64,000 nucleotides of DNA from the human T2T-CHM13v2.0 reference genome, Homo sapiens: assembly GCF_009914755.1 (NCBI RefSeq), contig NC_060938.1; one strand, 5' to 3'. Below the pieces are notes generated by a model that was not told where the DNA came from, ran no database searches, and saw only the letters and a program-made list of their open reading frames with translations. The translations under genes were made by a program, and so were the position numbers. Below are positions 53,422 to 64,000 of this stretch, piece after piece (positions within the stretch are counted from its first letter, which is position 1; every line of letters starts with the position of its first letter).

Positions 53422-53732
53422 CAGAGGCTGGGAAGGTTATGGGGGAGGAAGGATAAACAGAAGTTAATTAATGGGTAAAAACATACAGTTTGATAGAAGA
53501 AATAAGACCTAGTGTTTGAAAGAGAAGTAGGGTAACTATAGTTTACGAGAATATATTGTACATTCTAAAATAGCTAGAAGAGAAGAATTCAAATATTTCT
53601 ACCATAGAGAAAAGACAAATACTTATGGTGATGGCTATCCCAAGTACACTGATTTGATATTTACAGATCATATGAATATATTATCACATGTATTCAAAAA
53701 CTATGTACATCTGTTACGCACCAATAAAAATG
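53422..53732 (+). mobile_element. L1MA 3'UTR fragment
   Basis: 'cagaggctgggaagg...gatagaagaaataagacctagtgtttg...aaaatagctagaagagaag'. Confidence 0.8.
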
Positions 53733-54061
53733 CTTTTAAAAGATCTGAGAACAGACATACTGCCTCCTCAAGTGGGTTCCTGACCCCCAAGTAGCCTAAT
53801 TGGGAGACACCTCCCAGTAGGGGCCGACTGACACCTCACACGGCCGGGTGCCCCTCTGAGACGAAGCTGCTGTTGTGCAGCCTCCGCTGGTGATACCCAG
53901 GCAAACAGGGTCTCGAGTGGACCTCCAGCAAACTCCAACAGATCTGCAGCTGAGGGTCCTGACTGTTAGAAGGAAAACTAACAAACAGAAAGGACAAACA
54001 CTCCAAAACCCCATCTGTACATTACCATCATCAAAGACCAAAGGTAGATAAAACCACAAAG

Positions 54062-55071
54062 ATGGGTAGAAACCAGAGCAGAAAAGCTGAAAATTCTAAA
54101 AATCAGAGCGCCTCTTCTCCTCCAAAGGAATGCAGCTCCTCGCCAGCAACGGAACAAAGCTGGACGGAGAATGACTTTGACGAGTTGAGAGAAGAAGGCT
54201 TCAGGTGATCGGTAATAACAAACTTCTCCGAGCTAAAGGAGGATGTTTGAACCCATTGCAAAATAAGCTAAAAACCTTGAAAAAAGATTAGACAAATGAC
54301 TAACTAGAATAAACAGCCTAGAGAAGACCTTAAATGACCTGATGGAGCTGAAAACCATGGCACGAGAACTACGTGACACATGCACAAGCTTCAATAGCCA
54401 ATTCGATCAAGTGGAAGAAAGGGTATCAGTGATGGAAGATCAAATGAATGAAATGAAGCGAGAAGAGAAGTTTAGAGAAAAAAGAGTAAAAAGAAATGAA
54501 CAAATCCTCCAAGAAATGAGACTATGTAAAAAGACAAATCTAAGTCTGATGGGTGTACCTGAAAGTGACTGGGAGAATGGAACCAAGTTGGAAAACACTC
54601 TGCAGGATATTATCCAGGAGAACTTCCCAAACCTAGCAAGGAAGGCCAACATTCAAATTCAGGAAATACAGAGAATGCAATGAGAAGAGCAACTCCAAGG
54701 CACATAATTGTCAGATTCACCAAAGTTGAAACGAAGAAAAAATGTTAAGGGCAGCCAGAGAGAAAGGTCGGGTTACCCACAAAGGGAAGCCCAGCAGACT
54801 AACAGCAGATCTCTTGGTACAAACTCTACAAGCCAGAAGAGAGTGGGGGCCAATATTCAACATTCTCAAAGAAAGGAATTTTCAACCCAGAATTTCATAT
54901 CAGGCCAAACTACGCTTCATAAGTGGAGGAGAAATAAAATCCTTTAAAGACAAGCAAATGCTGAGAGATTTTGTCACCACCAGGCCTGCCCTAAAAGAGC
55001 TCCTGAAGGAAGCACTAAACATGGAAAGGAACAACCGGTACGAGCCACTGAAAAAACATGCCAAATTGTAA
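54062..55071 (+). pseudogene. L1 ORF1p remnant
   Basis: MELKTMARELRD.., LENTLQDIIQENFPNLAR, FQPRISY.AKL.F, RDFVTTRPALKELL; broken by stops and indels. Confidence 0.92.
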
Positions 55072-55134
55072 AGACCATCCAGGCTAGGAAGAAACTGCAT
55101 CAACTAACGAGCAAAATAACCAGCTAACATCATA

Positions 55135-58967
<3,833 letters not shown>

Positions 58968-59185
58968 ACAATGAGAACACTTGAATACAGGGTGGGGAAC
59001 ATCACACACTGGGGCCTGTCATGGAGTGGGGGGCAGGGGGAAGGGATAGCATTAGAAGATATATCTAATGTAAATGATGAGTTAATGGGTGCAGCACACC
59101 AACATGGCACATGTATACATATGTAACAAACCTGCACGTTGTGCACAGGTACCCCAGAGCTTAAAGTATAATTAAAAAAAAAAGA

Positions 59186-59565
59186 AAGTACTCAATGATT
59201 CACCATTGTTTATGATGTTAACTGTAGTGTTAACAGGTTGAGAAAGTTAATCAGGTTGATAAAGTCCCCTTCTGTTTCTATTTTACTGAGACTTTTCATA
59301 ATAAATAGTGGTTGAATTTTGTTAATACTTTTTCTGTATTTTTTGTAATGATCATATTATTTTTCTCTTTGCTAACAATGTGGGTAACATTGAATTGACT
59401 TTCTGTGTAAATCAACCTTGCATCTCTGGAAAAAACTCCAATTGATCATGATGTGTTATCCTTTTTATACATTGCTGTATTCAATTTGGTAATATATTTA
59501 TTTTTTGTATCTATTTCATGAGGGATATCAGTATGTAATTGTTTTTTCTTGTCATATCTTTGTTA
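59186..59565 (-). mobile_element. Old L1M fragment
   Basis: 'aaagtccccttctgtttctattttactgagac' and 'aatcaaccttgcatctctgg'. Confidence 0.7.
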
Positions 59566-60369
59566 AAAAAAGTTTTTAAAAATAAAAAAGTGCAAAAAAA
59601 TGACAAATTGTAGTGATTCTTGTGTTTTGTTGTATTTGTGGTATGTGTGTGGTTGGTTGGTTGATTGGTTGTTTTTGCCTTCAAAAGCTTTGTACACTTT
59701 CAAAATGACTCAAGGGGTAGCTATTCTGCAAGCTACCATTTATTAACCAGAAATGCAAAGTTAGAGAAAATATGTTTTTTAAACGACAGAATGGTTGTTA
59801 TAAAAGGGTAAAGAGTGCAGTTGGGACCACATGTCTGGATTCAAGTCCATTAGTAAGGGCTTTGAGGTATGGCCATCTACCTGCCATCTCCTGCCCTACA
59901 CAGGAAAGAAACCTGGAAGAAATCCTAAGCACAGAAGTTTTTGAGATAGTTCACTTTTTCTACATGAACTGAGATTTTTAAAAATATACAGTATCCATTC
60001 CATTGGGACATTCAGCATCTTGAGGAATAAAACAAAACAAAAAGGAAATAAACATGTAAGCAATAGTACTCCCTAAAATATTTGTCTTGCTCTTTTGAAG
60101 GTTATCTCAGAACAAAGGGCCTGGCTGTTATGATACACGCAAATAAAAAGACTCGAGTCATAAAGTTGAGAGCCTTAGAGGGCACGTGCTTACTGCACTG
60201 GGCATTGCTGGGCTTCATGCCATCAGGGACTGATAAGAGACTCAGTGACAAATTGAATGAAAACGTGAAGTATTTGCTGGGTTAGCCTACCTTTGCAATA
60301 AACATAACCAAAAGATTGGACTATGTCTTAAGTATATTACTAAGGGTGTTTCTAATTTTGACTACCTTT

Positions 60370-60700
60370 TAAAAATATTTTCATATGAAACATTTCAAAT
60401 AGGATGCAAGAGTAAAGAAAAGGGTATGATGAACCCCCAGTATGGTATTGTGAACCCTAATGTACCCACCATCCAGCTCCAACAATTGGCAACCCTTGGG
60501 CAATCTTGCTCCATCTATTCTGCTAACTACTTCCCTGCTTCTGGATTATTTTGAAGCAAATCTCATTTCATTACATCACTTCAACCATCAATACTTCAGA
60601 ATATCTCTTTAAAAGATTAGAATTCTATTCTTATACCTAGCTGCAATACTATTATGCTACCTAAAAACATTTATAGTAATTTCTTGATGTCATTAAATAT
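60370..60700 (-). mobile_element. Old L1M (MC/ME) 3' fragment
   Basis: 'atgtacccaccatccagctccaacaatt' and 'ggattattttgaagcaaatc'. Confidence 0.6.
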
Positions 60701-61360
60701 TCAACTCCAACTACTTTTTGCATAATTATATACAAGTTAATTGTATAAAAGCTGACATATTCACATGAAAATGACAGCTGCCAAAGGCAGAGGCCCAAAA
60801 TCCCTGAATGTTCTTAGTTAGATTTAAATTATTGATAGAAAAGAATGTCTTGCCTAGGCTTCAAGAACAAAAGTCTATTTCAGTAAAGAAAGCAATTCAC
60901 TTTTAGGAGCATTTACTTTCCCCAGTGTACTTAAACAGTACATTTAATCCATCCACTTAACTAAAAATGATGGAGTGCCTGCACATGGAAAATTGAAAGC
61001 ATTTTATTTTTAGGCTCAAGTTGTAGAACTCTATACATGACCAAGAAAACATCATAGAAATCTAATGAAGCCAGCTTGACTAAGCCAGCAGTTGGTTAAT
61101 TTTTTGGTTTAATACAGAAAAACTGTCTTGAGTTTTTCACTGGTAGGTTAGAAAAATCAAGAATATAGACTATTGGAGCCCCAAATACTGAATTCTGGGA
61201 CTGCTTCCATGGTATATTGACAATCCAGATGGTGTGTATGTATGTGTGTATTTAGTCTACTCAATTTTTATCACATGTATAGGTTCATATATTTACCGCC
61301 ACAGTCAAGATATAGAACAGTTTCAATACAGGGATCCCTCACACTACCCTTTTATAGCTA

Positions 61361-61565
61361 CAGTGGGTTTTTTTTAAAGGTATGATTCAGGAACCACCTG
61401 CATCAGAATCATCTGCAAGTGGGGGCCAGGTATTGCTTAAACAGGGCCTCACTCAACAACAGCTGAGTCATGAGTCAGAGATGCCAAAGACTGGATCTGG
61501 AAATCTGCATTTTAACAAGATACCAAAGAAATTTTTATTTATACAGTACTAAGTTTTGAGAACCT
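61361..61565. mobile_element. MER5-type hAT-Charlie element
   Basis: 'ccacctgcatcagaatcatctg...ggaaatctgcattttaacaag...aagttttgagaacc'. Confidence 0.7.
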
Positions 61566-61839
61566 TTGTCTTATTTCAGCATTCTGTCTAGAGTGTATAT
61601 TTTACTTAAAACTAGGCCTGAAGATATCCAGAACTTTTAAATTAAGGTACAATTAGAATTGTTGCATCTAAATATAATGAATCTAGTCCAAGCTCAAATG
61701 GAAAGGCTATTTTGGAATTAGAGGAGAAAAGCAATGTGTATAGTGTAGAGAAAAGCCATGTGTATAGCTGCATATAGAGTCAACTAAAATTGCAAAGTTT
61801 AGACTGTAAATTCCAAAATAGACAATATCAAACAAACCT

Positions 61840-62070
61840 CTTTACTAGCTCCTACCTAGGCACTGTGCTAGGTACTTCACAAACACAAGGTATTTCACCT
61901 TCATCTTAACTCTGTTGTGGGTCTGAAGGTTCACATTTTACAGATGAAGATACAAAGGCCCAGAGAAAAACTTATCCAACAGATACAGAGCTGGTAAGCA
62001 GCTGAGCTTGGGTTCAAATATACTAATAGATATGCCTGACATCAATATTCAACTCCGTGATGCCAAGAAT
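61840..62070 (-). mobile_element. MIR
   Basis: 'ggcactgtgctaggtacttcac...cattttacagatgaagatacaaaggcccagag'. Confidence 0.7.
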
Positions 62071-62839
62071 TATATATAAAACACAGGACAGTAGAAACAG
62101 GTTGGTATGAATACTCTCCAAATGTCCTTTTTTTTGTGATTGAAATTTTATTCTCATTAAATTTTACTGCTGTTGTCATCCTTTTTGTTTGGGGATAGGA
62201 TCACGATAGGACAGGACAGTGCCACCCAAAGTATCTGTTACCAGACTGCAACTTAAGTATAAAAATTGGGAGTAACCATTCAGAAACTTTCATAGCAATT
62301 TGACATTAATGTGACATCCAAGTGAATGATCAGCGGATTTGTCTCATTAAACAAAACAACGGCCAGTGCAGAATGCCAAACTTGCAGGGTGACTCCCACA
62401 TGACTCAATACATACTGATCATACACAGCAGTACCATGCATGGGTCTGTGACGGGTTTAAAAAAAAAACAAATGGGTCTTTCCCTACAGATAGCTTAAAA
62501 AGCACTAGGCTTTGCAGTTGAAGTTTAAAGGTGTAATAAATGTACTCTGCTTCCCATTTGTCCCTGGTACAGGGCAGATACAAGGTGACCAGCCTCTCAG
62601 AAGCTGCCCAAGCCCTATAGAGCCTCCTTTGGGGACTTATCAAGGTGTCCTCAGACTAGTGACCATGACACCAACTATGCTGTTCTTTCACCAAGGTCAG
62701 TTCTTAACATGTTTAATTATTTCATAGAGAGTGGGCATGTAAGGGAAACCTAAGAGGGGAGGAATTGGAACTTAATATTCATTCCCAAGTATCTCACACA
62801 TGACTTGCAGTGGCCATCTCTATTTGAAATCTAATGTTA

Positions 62840-63778
62840 ATTTTTTAATTTATATACATTTATGGGATATAAGTGCAATTTTGTTACTTGTGTAGTGATC
62901 AAGTCAGGGATTTTAGGGTATCTATCACCCTAAATAACACATGTTGTACTCGTTAAGTAATTTCTCATCATCCACCCCTCTCATCTCCTCACCCTGAGTC
63001 TCCAGTGTCTGTTATCCCACTCTCTATGGCCATATGTACACATTTTTAGCACCCACTTAAGAGTGAAAACATGCGGTATTTGTCTTTCAGTGTCTGAGTC
63101 ATTTTACTTAAGATAATGATGTCCATTTCCATCCATGTTGCTGCAAATGACAGGATTTCATTCTTTTTTTTAGTCTGAATAGTATTTCATTGTGTATATA
63201 TATACCACATTTTCTTTATCCAGTCATCTGTAGATGGATGCTTAGGTTGATTCCATATCTTTGCTATTCCAAATAGTGCTGTGGTAAACATAGGAGTGCA
63301 GGTATCTTTGATATATTGATTACTTTTCCTTTGGATAGATACCCAGTAGTGGGATTGCTGGATCAAATGGTAATTCTATTTGAAAAATCTTCATACTGTT
63401 TTCTATAGAGGTTGTACTAATTTACATTCCCACCAACAGTGTATAAGAGTTTCCTTTTATCCACATTGTTGCCAACATCTAATATGTTTTCTTTGTAGTA
63501 ATAGCCATTCTAACTGGGTTAAGCTAATCTCATTATGGTTTTCATTTGCATTTCCCTGATGATTAGCAATGTTGAACATTTTTTGCACATATCTGTTGGC
63601 CATTTGTATGTCTTCTTTTGAGAAATGTCTATTCGTGTCCTTGGCCTGCTTTTTAATGGAATTATTTGGGTTTGTTGTTGTTGTTGTTGTTGCTGAGTTG
63701 TTTGAACTTTTTGTATATTCTGGATATTAGTCCCCTGTCTGATGAATAGTTTCAAATATTTTCTCCCATTCTGTGGTT
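62840..63778 (-). mobile_element. L1MA-type 3' end (antisense) with an internal (TTG)n
   Basis: 'tacatttatgggatataagtgcaattttgttac', 'ttccatccatgttgctgcaaatgacaggatttcattc'; ORF2 C-terminal remnant at 63519-63755. Confidence 0.88.
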
Positions 63779-64000
63779 AATTTGTAGGCAGTTTCACTTG
63801 TGGTGGTTAACTTATAGGCAGTCACTTTTGTTGTGATGGCTGGTCTTTCCTTTGGCCTAATTTTATTGTTAGTCAACAAGGCTTTGGATTCAGAATCTGA
63901 CATCCCTTGTCTCACCCGCCCAGTCTCCTCCGTCTCCGTTTATCTAGCACACGTTACTTACAGCATCAGCATCATCATTACAGCAGCTACAATAGACTGA

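Noticed and set aside
63519-63755. PolyQ-containing ORF
   Set aside because: L1 ORF2 remnant with an expanded (TTG)n microsatellite.

Overview
AT-rich primate (almost certainly human) genomic DNA, intergenic or deep-intronic, made up mostly of transposable elements. I found no host protein-coding gene, RNA gene or CpG island that I can support; every long ORF is retroelement-derived. Main components: (1) a complete but coding-dead HERV-L provirus (MLT2A1-type LTRs, gag/pro/pol/dUTPase, TAGAC TSD) nested in an antisense L1MA, itself nested in an older L1MA; (2) a complete THE1D MaLR whose internal region carries two solo LTRs (LTR8A, LTR13); (3) a MER9a solo LTR; (4) a nearly full-length decayed L1PA; (5) nested DNA transposons (MER44A > Tigger3b > Alus), MER1A, MER85, MADE2; (6) Alu, MIR and L2 copies. 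The less ordinary items are an LTR fragment retroposed like a processed pseudogene (poly(A) plus 16-bp TSD), a 115-bp locally templated insertion, a near-perfect 113-bp tandem duplication, an L1 fragment without a tail beside a gap of about 1.2 kb in its host, and several fold-back repair scars. I see no convincing evidence of a new biological system. Repeat family names come from remembered consensus sequences and need RepeatMasker/Dfam confirmation.
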